This document shows positions 9,378 through 19,152 of a stretch of DNA of 64,000 nucleotides, one piece after another. Made by a program: the position numbers and the translations under genes. Source of the DNA: Candidatus Omnitrophota bacterium (GTDB lineage: Bacteria > Omnitrophota > Gorgyraeia > DTHP01); assembly GCA_023819145.1 (NCBI GenBank), contig JAMWCW010000005.1:22566-86565 (forward strand), read 5' to 3'. Below the pieces are notes generated by a model. That model had not been told where the DNA came from and ran no database searches. It worked only from the letters and a program-made list of their open reading frames with translations. Every line of letters begins with the position of its first letter. Position 1 is the stretch's first letter.

Positions 9378-9455
9378 GGGCGCTTAGCTCAGTTGGTTTA
9401 GAGTGCTTCCTTGACATGGAAGAGGTCACAGGTTCAAGTCCTGTAGCGCCCACCA
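9378..9455 (+). tRNA. tRNA-Val (GAC), CCA encoded
   Basis: Acceptor GGGCGCT/AGCGCCC, D-arm AGCTCAGTTGGTTAGAGC-like, anticodon loop TTGACAT, T-arm GGTTCAAGTCC, terminal CCA. Confidence 0.8.
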
Positions 9456-9513
9456 GTATAAGCTTTGAAAATTAAGTGCAAAGTTCAAGATTTCTGATAT
9501 TTAATATTGCGAT

Positions 9514-11226
9514 ATGGATTTAGATACTTTACGACATTCTTGTGCTCATGTGATGGCCCAGGCAGTAAAAAGACTTTTTCCCGCCACAAAGTTGGGGATT
9601 GGGCCTTCCATTGAAGACGGGTTCTACTATGACTTTGATTCTCCTCATAAGTTTGCTCTTGAAGACCTAGAGAAGATTGAGGAGAAGATGAAAGAGATTA
9701 TCAAGGAGGATTTTCCTTTTATAAAGGAGGAAATTTCTAAGAAAGAGGCAGAAGATTTATTTAAGAAATGGGGAGATGATTATAAGTTAGATTTACTTAA
9801 AGAAATTCCTGAGGAAAAAGTGACCATTTATCGTAGCGGAGAATTCATAGATTTGTGCCGTGGTCCTCATGTAGAATCCACGGGTAAAATTAAGGCTTTC
9901 AAACTCCTCTCCATTGCTGGGGCTTACTGGCACGGCATAGAAACCAATCCCATGCTTCAAAGAATCTATGGGACATGTTTCCTTACCTCGAAAGAACTGG
10001 AGGTTTATTTAAATAAATTAGAGGAAGTAAAGAAACGGGACCACAGAAAATTAGGCAAGGAATTGGAGTTTTTCAGTATCCATGAAGAAGCAGGAGCAGG
10101 ACTTATTTTTTATCATCCCAAAGGAGCAGTTTTAAGGACAATTATTGAGGATTATGAGAAGAGAGAACATCTTAAAAGAGGATATCAGCTGGTGATTACT
10201 CCCCATATTTTAAGGTCGGATATCTGGATGCGCTCTGGCCACTATAATTATTATAAGGAGAATATGTATATTTTTAAAGTAGAGGAACAGGAATTTGCCG
10301 TAAAGCCCATGAATTGCCCCGGGCATATTCTGATTTATAAATCAAAATTACGCAGTTACAGAGAACTGCCTTTACGTTTCTTTGAGCTCGGTTCCGTATA
10401 CCGCAATGAAAAAACAGGCGTTTTGCACGGACTTTTGAGGGTTAGAGGATTTACGCAGGACGATGCCCACATTTTTTGCACGGAGGAACAATTGATTGAT
10501 GAGATAAAAGGGGTAATTGATTTTGTTATCGAAACAATGAGGGTTTTTGGTTTTGACGAGTATGAGATAGAGTTAAGTACCCGCCCAGAAAAATCCATTG
10601 GTACCGATGAAGAATGGCAGAGGGCAGAAAATGCTCTAAAAAAATCCTTGAGCGAGAAAGGTTTGGATTGTAAAATAAGTCCGGGGGAAGGTGCTTTCTA
10701 CGGACCGAAGATTGATATAAAATTGAAGGATGCCTTAAAGAGAACTTGGCAGTGTGCAACCATTCAATGTGATTTTGCTTTACCCAAGCGCTTTGACTTA
10801 ACCTACACCGCTTCCGATGGTTCTCTGAAAAGACCGATAATGCTTCATCGCGTAGTCTTGGGGAGCATGGAACGTTTTATAGGAACGTTAATTGAGCATT
10901 ATGCAGGCGCACTGCCTCTCTGGCTGGCACCGGTGCAGGGAATAATCATTCCTATTTCGGATAAAGCACTTGATTATGCAGAGATGGTAAAAGAAAAGCT
11001 TTTAGAAGAGGGTTTGCGGGTAGAAATTGATATGCGTGAGGAAAAGATGCAGTACAAGATTCGGCAGGCACAGCTTAATAAAATTCCATACATGATTATT
11101 GTAGGAGAAAAAGAAAAGGTTTCAAATACCTTAAGCATCAGGGAGCGTAAAAAGGGAGACTTGGGTCAAATTACATTAGCTAAGTTTTTGGAGCAAATTA
11201 AAAACGAGATAAGCGAAAGGAGGTGA
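9514..11226 (+). CDS. thrS: Threonine--tRNA ligase (no N-terminal TGS domain)
   Basis: 570 aa beginning in the N2 editing domain (HSCAHVMAQA), class II catalytic core and C-terminal anticodon-binding domain; thrS-infC-rpmI-rplT synteny. Confidence 0.9.
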   Translation: MDLDTLRHSCAHVMAQAVKRLFPATKLGIGPSIEDGFYYDFDSPHKFALEDLEKIEEKMKEIIKEDFPFIKEEISKKEAEDLFKKWGDDYKLDLLKEIPEEKVTIYRSGEFIDLCRGPHVESTGKIKAFKLLSIAGAYWHGIETNPMLQRIYGTCFLTSKELEVYLNKLEEVKKRDHRKLGKELEFFSIHEEAGAGLIFYHPKGAVLRTIIEDYEKREHLKRGYQLVITPHILRSDIWMRSGHYNYYKENMYIFKVEEQEFAVKPMNCPGHILIYKSKLRSYRELPLRFFELGSVYRNEKTGVLHGLLRVRGFTQDDAHIFCTEEQLIDEIKGVIDFVIETMRVFGFDEYEIELSTRPEKSIGTDEEWQRAENALKKSLSEKGLDCKISPGEGAFYGPKIDIKLKDALKRTWQCATIQCDFALPKRFDLTYTASDGSLKRPIMLHRVVLGSMERFIGTLIEHYAGALPLWLAPVQGIIIPISDKALDYAEMVKEKLLEEGLRVEIDMREEKMQYKIRQAQLNKIPYMIIVGEKEKVSNTLSIRERKKGDLGQITLAKFLEQIKNEISERR

Positions 11227-11233
11227 AAGGTTA

Positions 11234-11743
11234 TTGAGGTTTCTTAGGGTAAATGAACAGATAAGAGCCAGACAGATTCGGTTAATTGGGGAGAATGGCG
11301 AGCAGTTGGGAGTGGTTTCTCTTGAAGATGCATTGAGGCAGGCAGAAGAACACAATCTTGATTTGGTAGAGGTTGCGCCAGAAGCGATTCCTCCGGTCTG
11401 CCGGATTATGGACTATGGCAAATATCGATATGAGCAGGAAAAGAGAGAAAAGCAGGCGCGTAAGAGAATGCATATGCATCATCTTAAAGAAATTCGTTTA
11501 AAACCAAACATTGAAGAACACGACTATCAGGTTAAACTGAGAAATTTGCAAAAATTTCTTAAACACGGGGATAAGGTAAAAATCACGCTTTTTTATCGCA
11601 AGAGAGAATTTACCCACCCTGAGATTGGGGAGAAACTATTGGAGAGATTCTTAAATGATGCAACCCAGTGGGGGGAGATAGAAAAACCGCCCAAAAACGA
11701 AGGGAGAAACATTATTGCCGTAGTTGCGCCCCATCATGGTTAA
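11234..11743 (+). CDS. infC: Translation initiation factor IF-3 (TTG start)
   Basis: 169 aa; IF-3 N- and C-domains; RBS AAGGAGG upstream of the TTG; follows thrS. Confidence 0.9.
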   Translation: MRFLRVNEQIRARQIRLIGENGEQLGVVSLEDALRQAEEHNLDLVEVAPEAIPPVCRIMDYGKYRYEQEKREKQARKRMHMHHLKEIRLKPNIEEHDYQVKLRNLQKFLKHGDKVKITLFYRKREFTHPEIGEKLLERFLNDATQWGEIEKPPKNEGRNIIAVVAPHHG

Positions 11744-11760
11744 GATACGGAGGTAGAGCT

Positions 11761-11958
11761 ATGCCGAAAATGAAAACTTCGCGTTCACTGGCGAAGCGCA
11801 TTAGGTCGACTAAAAGTGGTAAATTTAAAAGGCCAAAAGGCGGTAAAAGTCACCTTTTGAGCAAAAAGAGACGTAAACGAAAACTTGATTTGCGCAGACC
11901 GGGGTTCATTGCCCCGGTGGATAGAGAGAAAATTCGGAGACTGCTCCCTTATTATTAA
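11761..11958 (+). CDS. rpmI: 50S ribosomal protein L35
   Basis: MPKMKTSRSLAKRIRSTKSGKFKRPKGGKSHLL..., canonical L35. The supplied ORF 11668..11958 starts upstream inside the infC frame, and the internal ATG at 11761 is the real start. Confidence 0.88.
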   Translation: MPKMKTSRSLAKRIRSTKSGKFKRPKGGKSHLLSKKRRKRKLDLRRPGFIAPVDREKIRRLLPYY

Positions 11959-12041
11959 AAAAAATATAGGGAAGAATTTGGAATAATTTAGAATTGAATT
12001 AATGATTTTCCAATAAAATTCAAGGAGGGAGGGGAGTATTT

Positions 12042-12392
12042 ATGCCCAGGGTAAAACATGCGGTAGCGACACATAGAAGACACAAAAAGGTTCTCAAACA
12101 GGCTAAGGGTTACTGGGGAGCGCGAAGTAAACTCTATCGGAGGTCAAAGGAAACGGTTCAGCGTGCCTTGGTTTATAGTTACCGTGACCGCAGGGCGAAG
12201 AAACGTCAGTTTCGTAAACTTTGGATTACCCGTATTTCCATTGCCTGTAAAAATGAAGGGATTTCTTATAATCGGTTTATTCATGGCTTGAAGAAAACAA
12301 AAGTGGATTTGGACCGTAAAGTTTTGGCGGATTTGGCAGTAAACAACCCCGAAGTTTTCAGTAAATTAGTAGAATTGGTCAAAACCGCCTAA
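12042..12392 (+). CDS. rplT: 50S ribosomal protein L20
   Basis: MPRVKHAVATHRRHKKVLKQAKGYWGARSKLYR..., canonical L20. Confidence 0.92.
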   Translation: MPRVKHAVATHRRHKKVLKQAKGYWGARSKLYRRSKETVQRALVYSYRDRRAKKRQFRKLWITRISIACKNEGISYNRFIHGLKKTKVDLDRKVLADLAVNNPEVFSKLVELVKTA

Positions 12393-12460
12393 GGTGGAAA
12401 TGGCGTTTTAGAAAACATTTTTAGTTTCGGATTCTTCTGTTTCGATTTTGAGGAATAACT

Positions 12461-13111
12461 ATGTATGTCATAATTGTTGGTTGTGGACGGGTGGGTGCGG
12501 AACTAGCGAAGATTCTGCAAGAAGAAGGGCACAATGTAGTGGTCATTGATAAAAACCCCGATTCTTTTAAACGCTTGGGAGGAAATTTTAATGGTATAAC
12601 CCTCATCGGCAATGGATTTGATTTAGAGATCTTAAAAGAGGGCGGGGTGGAAAAGGCAGATGCGCTCTGTGCGGTGACCAATGGAGACAACACCAACATT
12701 ATGACTGCCCAGGTGGCAAAGAAGATTTTTAATGTTCCCAAGGTAATCGCGCGTGTGTATGACCCCCAGCGTGCAGAGATTTATCGTTCTTTGGGCATTT
12801 ACACTATCAGTGGAACCCTTCTCTTTGCCTACATGATGCGTGACAAACTTATTGAAAGCCATTTCACCGGATATCTCATTGAGACTAAGGAACTGGGAGT
12901 ATTAGAATTTAATGCCACAGATGATATGGTGGGGAAGTCGGTAAAAGAAATTAATCTTCCTGAAGAGTTTCTTGTGACGACGATTATAAGGAAAAAGAAG
13001 GGGACTTTTATCCCTGCGGAGAATACCTTTATAGAAAAAGGGGATATTCTGATTGCCGTGGTGAAAATCTCTACACTTAAAAAGATAAAGGCTTTATACA
13101 AAATTGAGTAA
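12461..13111 (+). CDS. trkA: Trk/Ktr system potassium uptake protein, NAD-binding (TrkA-N + TrkA-C)
   Basis: Rossmann motif IIGCGRVG, TrkA-N/TrkA-C architecture, 216 aa. Confidence 0.85.
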   Translation: MYVIIVGCGRVGAELAKILQEEGHNVVVIDKNPDSFKRLGGNFNGITLIGNGFDLEILKEGGVEKADALCAVTNGDNTNIMTAQVAKKIFNVPKVIARVYDPQRAEIYRSLGIYTISGTLLFAYMMRDKLIESHFTGYLIETKELGVLEFNATDDMVGKSVKEINLPEEFLVTTIIRKKKGTFIPAENTFIEKGDILIAVVKISTLKKIKALYKIE

Positions 13112-13114
13112 GAA

Positions 13115-13777
13115 ATGTATATTATAATTGTAGGTGCTGGTAATGTAGGTAGATACCTTGCGCGGCGTCTTCTGGAAGATAAACATGTGGTGGTGGTGGT
13201 TGAAAAAGATTCTTCCCGCTGCAAAGAGCTTGCTAAAGAGATGGGAGCTTTGGTTATAAATGGGGATGGATGCGACCCCAAATCTCTGGAAGATGCGGGG
13301 GCAGACCGTGCAGATGTTGTGGCTGCGGTTACTGGAGACGATGAAGACAATTTGATTATTTGCCAATTGGCGAAAGAGAGATTTAGCACTAAACGTACCG
13401 TGGCACGGGTTAATGATTCTCGTAATGAATATATCTTTAGTGAATTGGGTGTGGATGTGCCCGTTGATTCTAATGCCATTATTGCCAAGATAATTGAGGA
13501 GGAAGTTTCTTTTGCCGATTTTGTTACTCTAATGACTTTCAAGCGGGGTAAATTAGCCATCGTGCGCGTCGATTTAGCAGAAGATTCTCCAGTGGTGAAT
13601 AAGGCAATAAAGGACTTAAAATTACCTCACGATGCGGTATTGGTTTCTGTAATTCGCGGTGATAAAGTGATTATTCCCAGAGGGGATACGGTTTTGGAAC
13701 CGCGTGATGATGTAATTGCACTTACTACCGTAGAAAACGAAAAGCAACTTTTAGAATTTTTAGTAGGCAAAATATGA
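13115..13777 (+). CDS. trkA: Second Trk/Ktr NAD-binding regulatory subunit (paralog)
   Basis: IVGAGNVG Rossmann motif; 220 aa; tandem with the first copy. Confidence 0.85.
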   Translation: MYIIIVGAGNVGRYLARRLLEDKHVVVVVEKDSSRCKELAKEMGALVINGDGCDPKSLEDAGADRADVVAAVTGDDEDNLIICQLAKERFSTKRTVARVNDSRNEYIFSELGVDVPVDSNAIIAKIIEEEVSFADFVTLMTFKRGKLAIVRVDLAEDSPVVNKAIKDLKLPHDAVLVSVIRGDKVIIPRGDTVLEPRDDVIALTTVENEKQLLEFLVGKI

Positions 13778-13900
13778 AACAATACATCTTTTCTAATATC
13801 GCAAAGGGAATCTTTACCATTTTTATCTTTTACTCTTCTCTTTTAATTTTTTCTTTTCTTTTAGGTCTATTATTCATTAGATTTTTTTAATTTTAATTCC

Positions 13901-15403
13901 ATGTTAGTCAAGCCAAGATTTGAAGACATTCGTTTAGTTTTGTATTATATTGGTAAAATTATTATTGCCGTAGGAATTTCTTTGTCCTTACCACTCTTAA
14001 CTGCCGTTTTTTTACAGGAAAAGGTGCCACTAATAGATTTTCTTCTCTCCTTGGGGATATTTCTCAATCTGGGGTTTTTATTCATTTTTGTTTTTAAGAT
14101 AGAGAAAGAATTACGCTGGATGCACGCGATGGTAATTGTTTCTTTAGGCTGGTTATTTATGGCGGTTTTAGGGGCGATTCCTTTGTATTTAAGTGGTCAC
14201 TGGAGAAGTTTTCTGGATGCGGTTTTTGATGCCATGAGCGGTTTAGCCACCACAGGGCTTACGCTGGTGCAAGACCTTGACCATCTCTCGATGGCGCACC
14301 AGATGTGGCGACATCTCATGATGTTCATTGGAGGGCAAGGGGTGATTATCATGGCTTTGAGTTTTCTCGGTCAAGGGATGGGAGGTGCTTTCAGGATATA
14401 TGTGGGTGAAGCAAGGGAAGAGAAAATTTTCCCCAATGTGATTGAAACTGCAAGGTTTATTTTCGTCTTAAGTATTTTCTATCTTATTTTTGGTAGCCTC
14501 ATTTTAGGGGGCATCGCTTTATTAGAAGGAGTTTCCTTAAAACGCGCATTTTTCCATGGCTTGTGGCTTTTTATGGCGTCTTTTGATACCGGAGGATTTG
14601 CTCCCCAAACACAGAATATTTTATACTATCACAGTTTTGCCTTGGAGATGGCTACGATATTTATGATGTTTCTGGGAGTAATTAATTTTAAATTACATTA
14701 CAGTCTTTGGACAGGTAACAGGAAAGAATTTTGGAGGGATATTGAGATTATCAGTTTTTCCTCCACTGTTGTTTTAACTTTCTTGCTTGTGGCAGTAGGT
14801 TTATCTAAGCTCGATGTGTATCCAGAGGCAATGGTTTTATTCCGTAAAGGATTTTACCAACTCATTTCTGGGCATACGGGCACAGGTTATATGACCCTTT
14901 CCCCCCAGGAATTAATAAATTCCTGGCCTGCTTTGGCCATTGTAGGGCTTATCATCGCCATGGGTTTAGGAGGGGCAACCTGTTCTACTACCGGAGGTAT
15001 TAAAGCTTTAAGAATTGGTTTGGTTTTTAAAGCGCTTATTCAGGATGTGAAACAATTGATGCAACCCGATAACGTGGTTTCAGTAGAAAAATTTCATCAT
15101 GTGCGGGATTTAATCTTAGAAGACCGTCATGTGCGTTCTGCGGCGGTTATTTTTCTTGCTTATCTTATGCTTTATCTTTTAGGAACCGTGGTGGGGATGC
15201 TTTGCGGTTATCCCTTTTTAGAATCGTTCTTTGAATCCACTTCTGCAGGAGCAAATGTAGGGCTTTCCTGTGGGATTACCTCATTCTATATGCCTACGGC
15301 TTTAAAATTGACCTATATTCTTCAAATGTGGCTGGGACGTTTGGAATTTGTAGCGATATTTACTTTGGTAGGTTTTCTCATTGCGTTAATCAGAGGGAAA
15401 TAG
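13901..15403 (+). CDS. trkH: TrkH/KtrB-family potassium transporter membrane subunit
   Basis: 500-aa polytopic membrane protein with repeated M-P-M selectivity-like segments (GLATTG, GGQG, TTGG); follows the trkA pair. Confidence 0.8.
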   Translation: MLVKPRFEDIRLVLYYIGKIIIAVGISLSLPLLTAVFLQEKVPLIDFLLSLGIFLNLGFLFIFVFKIEKELRWMHAMVIVSLGWLFMAVLGAIPLYLSGHWRSFLDAVFDAMSGLATTGLTLVQDLDHLSMAHQMWRHLMMFIGGQGVIIMALSFLGQGMGGAFRIYVGEAREEKIFPNVIETARFIFVLSIFYLIFGSLILGGIALLEGVSLKRAFFHGLWLFMASFDTGGFAPQTQNILYYHSFALEMATIFMMFLGVINFKLHYSLWTGNRKEFWRDIEIISFSSTVVLTFLLVAVGLSKLDVYPEAMVLFRKGFYQLISGHTGTGYMTLSPQELINSWPALAIVGLIIAMGLGGATCSTTGGIKALRIGLVFKALIQDVKQLMQPDNVVSVEKFHHVRDLILEDRHVRSAAVIFLAYLMLYLLGTVVGMLCGYPFLESFFESTSAGANVGLSCGITSFYMPTALKLTYILQMWLGRLEFVAIFTLVGFLIALIRGK

Positions 15404-15406
15404 TAA

Positions 15407-15937
15407 ATGAAATTTTACAGTTTACAGTTTAAGATTTATAGTATAGCGTTTATTGTATACGCTCTGCATTGTTTACTCTTTACTGCCTGTTTTGCGGGGG
15501 TTATTTCTGGCAAAGATTTACTCACTAACCCCAATGAATATGATGGCAAAAAAGTGGTTTATCGGGGAGAAGTAATTGGAGACGTGATGAAAAGAGGAGA
15601 TTTTTTCTGGATAAATCTTTACGATGGAGATTTCGCCATTGGGGTATATTTGGCCAAGGAACTCCTTCCTTCCATAAAATATGTTGGTAGTTACAAAATA
15701 ACCGGAGATACTCTGGAAGTAGAGGGAATTTTTCATGCGCGCTGTGTAGAGCATGGAGGAGATGTGGATATTCATGCGGAAAAAGTGAGCATAATTAGCG
15801 AAGGTTTTCTCCGAGAGGAAAAAATTAATCCTTTAAGGGAAAGATGGATGAAACGGTTCTTTGTCTCTGGTTCTTTTCTTCTTGTCTGTATTGTTTTGCG
15901 TAACTTGTGGTTTGCTTTAAAAATAAAGAGAGCATGA
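15407..15937 (+). CDS. Hypothetical membrane/lipoprotein (signal peptide with lipobox-like LFTAC, C-terminal TM)
   Basis: ORF only; hydrophobic N-terminus ending ...LFTACFAG and a C-terminal hydrophobic helix; no recognisable domain. Confidence 0.5.
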   Translation: MKFYSLQFKIYSIAFIVYALHCLLFTACFAGVISGKDLLTNPNEYDGKKVVYRGEVIGDVMKRGDFFWINLYDGDFAIGVYLAKELLPSIKYVGSYKITGDTLEVEGIFHARCVEHGGDVDIHAEKVSIISEGFLREEKINPLRERWMKRFFVSGSFLLVCIVLRNLWFALKIKRA

Positions 15938-16998
15938 TGCAAGAAGAGATTAAGGAAATAGAGAAAGAATTTCTTGAAGAGGTTAAAAAAATAAGCTCTC
16001 TTAAAGAGCTTGAGGTCTTAAGAGCGAAATATCTGGGGCGCAAAGGGGTTTTAAGTGGATTTTTCTCCAGATTTTCCCAAGTGGATGTTTCGCAGAGAGC
16101 AATTTTGGGTGAAGTACTCAATAGTTTTAAGGAGAGGGTACAAAGTGTAATAAAGGATATAGAGGAGAGATTAGAAAGAACCGCTCAAGAAGGAGGAGAG
16201 CTTGACGTTACTCTTCCTGGAGTTTCTTTTAACAGAGGAGTAAAGCATATTCTGACCCAGACGATAGAAAGTATTTTATCCATTTTTGAAACCCTCGGCT
16301 TTGTGGTTGTCGAGGGCTCGGAAATAGAGACTGAATACTATAATTTTACGGCACTGAATATTCCCCCCGAGCATCCAGCTACAGAAGCCTTTCATACTTT
16401 TTATTTGAGTACCGAAGCCACTACCACTAAGAATCGCGGTTTGGAAGAACTAAAATGCTCTCCCGGAAGATATTTATTGAGAAGTCAGACCTCTACCCTT
16501 CAAGTGCGTATTATGGAACAATTTAAACCTCCGTTAAGGGTGGTTTCTCCGGGAAGGGTTTACCGTCCGGACGCAACCGATGCAAGTCACTCTTTCATGT
16601 TTCACCAGATTGAAGGTTTTGCTGTAGGGGAGAAAGTCAAATTCTCTGATCTTAAAGGAACTCTTTTTGCCTTTGCTCAAAGATTTTTTGGTAAAGAGAT
16701 CAAGATGCGTTTTAGACCGCATCATTTTCCTTTTACCGAACCATCAGTAGAGGTAGACATATCTTGTATAATCTGTAAAGGTAAAGGCTGTAGTGTTTGC
16801 GGCAGGAAAGGATGGCTTGAAATTTTAGGAGCGGGGATGGTTCATCCCCGCGTGTTTTATTCTGCGGGATATCCTTCAGGGAAATACAGGGGTTTTGCCT
16901 TTGGCATGGGAGTAGAACGAATTGCTATGCTTAAATATGGTATTGATGACATCCGTTTATTCTTTGAGAATGACTTGAGATTCCTGAGGCAGTTTTGA
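15934..16998 (+). CDS. pheS: Phenylalanine--tRNA ligase alpha subunit
   Basis: Class II aaRS motifs (FRP.HFPFTEPS, GAGMVHP); ATG at 15934 overlaps the stop of the upstream ORF (ATGA). The track's GTG start at 15907 is less likely. Confidence 0.9.
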   Translation: MMQEEIKEIEKEFLEEVKKISSLKELEVLRAKYLGRKGVLSGFFSRFSQVDVSQRAILGEVLNSFKERVQSVIKDIEERLERTAQEGGELDVTLPGVSFNRGVKHILTQTIESILSIFETLGFVVVEGSEIETEYYNFTALNIPPEHPATEAFHTFYLSTEATTTKNRGLEELKCSPGRYLLRSQTSTLQVRIMEQFKPPLRVVSPGRVYRPDATDASHSFMFHQIEGFAVGEKVKFSDLKGTLFAFAQRFFGKEIKMRFRPHHFPFTEPSVEVDISCIICKGKGCSVCGRKGWLEILGAGMVHPRVFYSAGYPSGKYRGFAFGMGVERIAMLKYGIDDIRLFFENDLRFLRQF

Positions 16999-17050
16999 AT
17001 CGCTAATTGGTGATTTTAATATTTATTTAACCATATAACTAATCAAGCGG

Positions 17051-19105
17051 ATGAAGGTAACCTATAATTGGCTTAAAGATTTCGTAGAGATAAGAACTAC
17101 CCCCCAGTCATTAGCGGAAAAACTTACAATGGCAGGGTTGGAAGTAGTTTCTTTGGAAGAAGTTGATAAAGATTGGGTGTTGGAGATAGAGGTTACTACC
17201 AATCGTCCTGACTGGTTAAGTATTATAGGGATTGCCCGCGAAGTTTCGGCAATTACTGGAGGTAAATTTAAAGTCTCCTCAATAAAGAACACCACCTGCC
17301 ATTTACCCCTTACCCGATTACCTTTTGAAATTAAAATTGAAGATAAAAAAGGTTGCCCACGGTACATTGGGAGGGTGATTGAGAATGTGGAGATAAAACC
17401 ATCTCCTTCTTGGCTACAGAAAAGGCTTACGGCAGTAGGGTTAAGGCCGATTAACAATGTTGTAGACATTACCAATTATTGTCTTTTTGAAACTGGTCAA
17501 CCAATGCATGCCTTTGATTATGAGAAAATTGAAAATCAGACGATCATTGTCCGTAAGGCAAAAGATAAGGAGTCTATTGTTACTATTGACGGTGAAGAAC
17601 GCAAACTGGACAGTTCGATGCTTATCATTGCCGATAAAATAAAACCCATCGCCATTGCCGGAATTATGGGAGGTAAAAATACTGAGGTAAGCGAATTTAC
17701 AAAAACGGTTCTTTTAGAAAGTGCTTATTTCGACCCGCTTACCATAAGAGGTGCTTCCCAAAAATTGGGATTAGTTACTGAGTCTTCATATCGTTTTGAG
17801 AGAAAAGTGGATTTAGACACCGTTTTAAATGCTTCTTTGCGTGCGCTGGAGTTGTTTGAAAAATATGCTTCTTTTAAGAAAAAGATTCTGGTGAGCAAAA
17901 TAAAAGACGTAGGTTCTAAAAAAGATAAAGAAAAAACAATTTCGTTAAATACTGAAGAGGTTAATAAATTTTTAGGAGAGAAAATCTCTTCTTCTCACAT
18001 TGAGAAGATTTTAAAGAGGCTTGGTTTCTCAGTAAAAAGGAAAAAAGATTTATTTGAAATAAAGCCCCCTTTCTTTCGTAGAGATATTGTAATCGAAGAA
18101 GATTTAATGGAGGAGATTGCCCGCATTTATGGGTATGATAAATTTCCTTTGACCCTTCCACAGGAAGAAATTTCTCAAGCTATTCCCCCTGCGCCTTTAT
18201 ATAAGACCAAGATGATATTTTATGAGATATTAACCGGGTTAGGCTTTAGCGAAGTAATTACCTATAGTTTGGTAGGGAAGAATCTGTTAGCAAAAGTAAA
18301 TCTCTCTGATGAAAAGGAATGGGTAAAGGTTCTTAATCCTTTGAGTAAAGAACAGGAGTTTTTGCGCCCCACACTCCTTGCCAGTATTTTAGAGGTTATT
18401 GCCCACAATTTAAAATATCAGACAGAGAACCTCAAGATTTTTGAATGGGGGAAAATTTACTTCCATAAAGAACTACCTCAGGAAATTCCTTATTTGGGAA
18501 TTTGTCTTAGCGGAAAAACTTCCTTGGGCTGGTTAAAAAAAGAAGAAGAATTAAGTTTTTATGATTTAAAAGGAGTGGTGGAATTAGTTTTAGGGCACTT
18601 GGGAATAAAGAAGGTTAATTTTCTTAAAAAAGAAAGTTCTTATTTAGAAAAGGGTTATTCTGCAGAGATAGCATTTGGAGAAGAATCTCTTGGTTTTTTA
18701 GGGAAGGTTAAAGAAGATATCCAGAGGCAATTTGATTTGCCCACAGAGGTCTATTGGGCAGAATTGGATTTAAATAAAGTGGTTTTTTTCTCCTCTTTTG
18801 AGAAAAGGTATGTAAGCTTGCCAAAATTTCCTTTTGTTTTAAGAGATATCTCTTTCTTGGTAAAGGAAGACATCGCCTACGAGAAAATTGAAGGATTTTT
18901 GAAAAATTTCCCTTGCGCTTTAATTAAAGAGATAACTTTGATTGATGTTTATAAAGGAGCAAATATCCCTCTTGGCAAAAAAAGCCTTACCTTCTCTTTA
19001 AAATTTCAGTCAGAACAACGCACCTTGCGTGATGAAGAAGTAGAGGAATCTCTGGTTAAGCTTCGTAAGGGGTTAGAAGAAGAGTTTCAAGCTGAACTCC
19101 GCTAA
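17051..19105 (+). CDS. pheT: Phenylalanine--tRNA ligase beta subunit (short form, 684 aa)
   Basis: B3/B4, B5 and anticodon-binding-like domains; follows pheS. Confidence 0.88.
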   Translation: MKVTYNWLKDFVEIRTTPQSLAEKLTMAGLEVVSLEEVDKDWVLEIEVTTNRPDWLSIIGIAREVSAITGGKFKVSSIKNTTCHLPLTRLPFEIKIEDKKGCPRYIGRVIENVEIKPSPSWLQKRLTAVGLRPINNVVDITNYCLFETGQPMHAFDYEKIENQTIIVRKAKDKESIVTIDGEERKLDSSMLIIADKIKPIAIAGIMGGKNTEVSEFTKTVLLESAYFDPLTIRGASQKLGLVTESSYRFERKVDLDTVLNASLRALELFEKYASFKKKILVSKIKDVGSKKDKEKTISLNTEEVNKFLGEKISSSHIEKILKRLGFSVKRKKDLFEIKPPFFRRDIVIEEDLMEEIARIYGYDKFPLTLPQEEISQAIPPAPLYKTKMIFYEILTGLGFSEVITYSLVGKNLLAKVNLSDEKEWVKVLNPLSKEQEFLRPTLLASILEVIAHNLKYQTENLKIFEWGKIYFHKELPQEIPYLGICLSGKTSLGWLKKEEELSFYDLKGVVELVLGHLGIKKVNFLKKESSYLEKGYSAEIAFGEESLGFLGKVKEDIQRQFDLPTEVYWAELDLNKVVFFSSFEKRYVSLPKFPFVLRDISFLVKEDIAYEKIEGFLKNFPCALIKEITLIDVYKGANIPLGKKSLTFSLKFQSEQRTLRDEEVEESLVKLRKGLEEEFQAELR

Positions 19106-19143
19106 GGTTACAAAAGTTACAAAATTAAATCAAATTTGTAACC
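19106..19143. terminator. Possible bidirectional terminator hairpin between convergent pheT and ppiD-like gene
   Basis: GGTTACAAA (19106-19114) pairs with TTTGTAACC (19135-19143); the ~20-nt loop and weak U-tract make this tentative. Confidence 0.25.
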
Positions 19144-19152
19144 AGCTTTGTT

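Noticed and set aside
11668-11760. N-terminal extension of the L35 ORF (track start at 11668)
   Set aside because: The extension lies inside the infC coding frame region. The internal ATG at 11761 gives the canonical MPKMKT... L35 N-terminus.
12829-13560. 243-aa minus-strand ORF
   Set aside because: Antisense to the two trkA genes, Ser/Thr-rich low-complexity translation typical of shadow ORFs.
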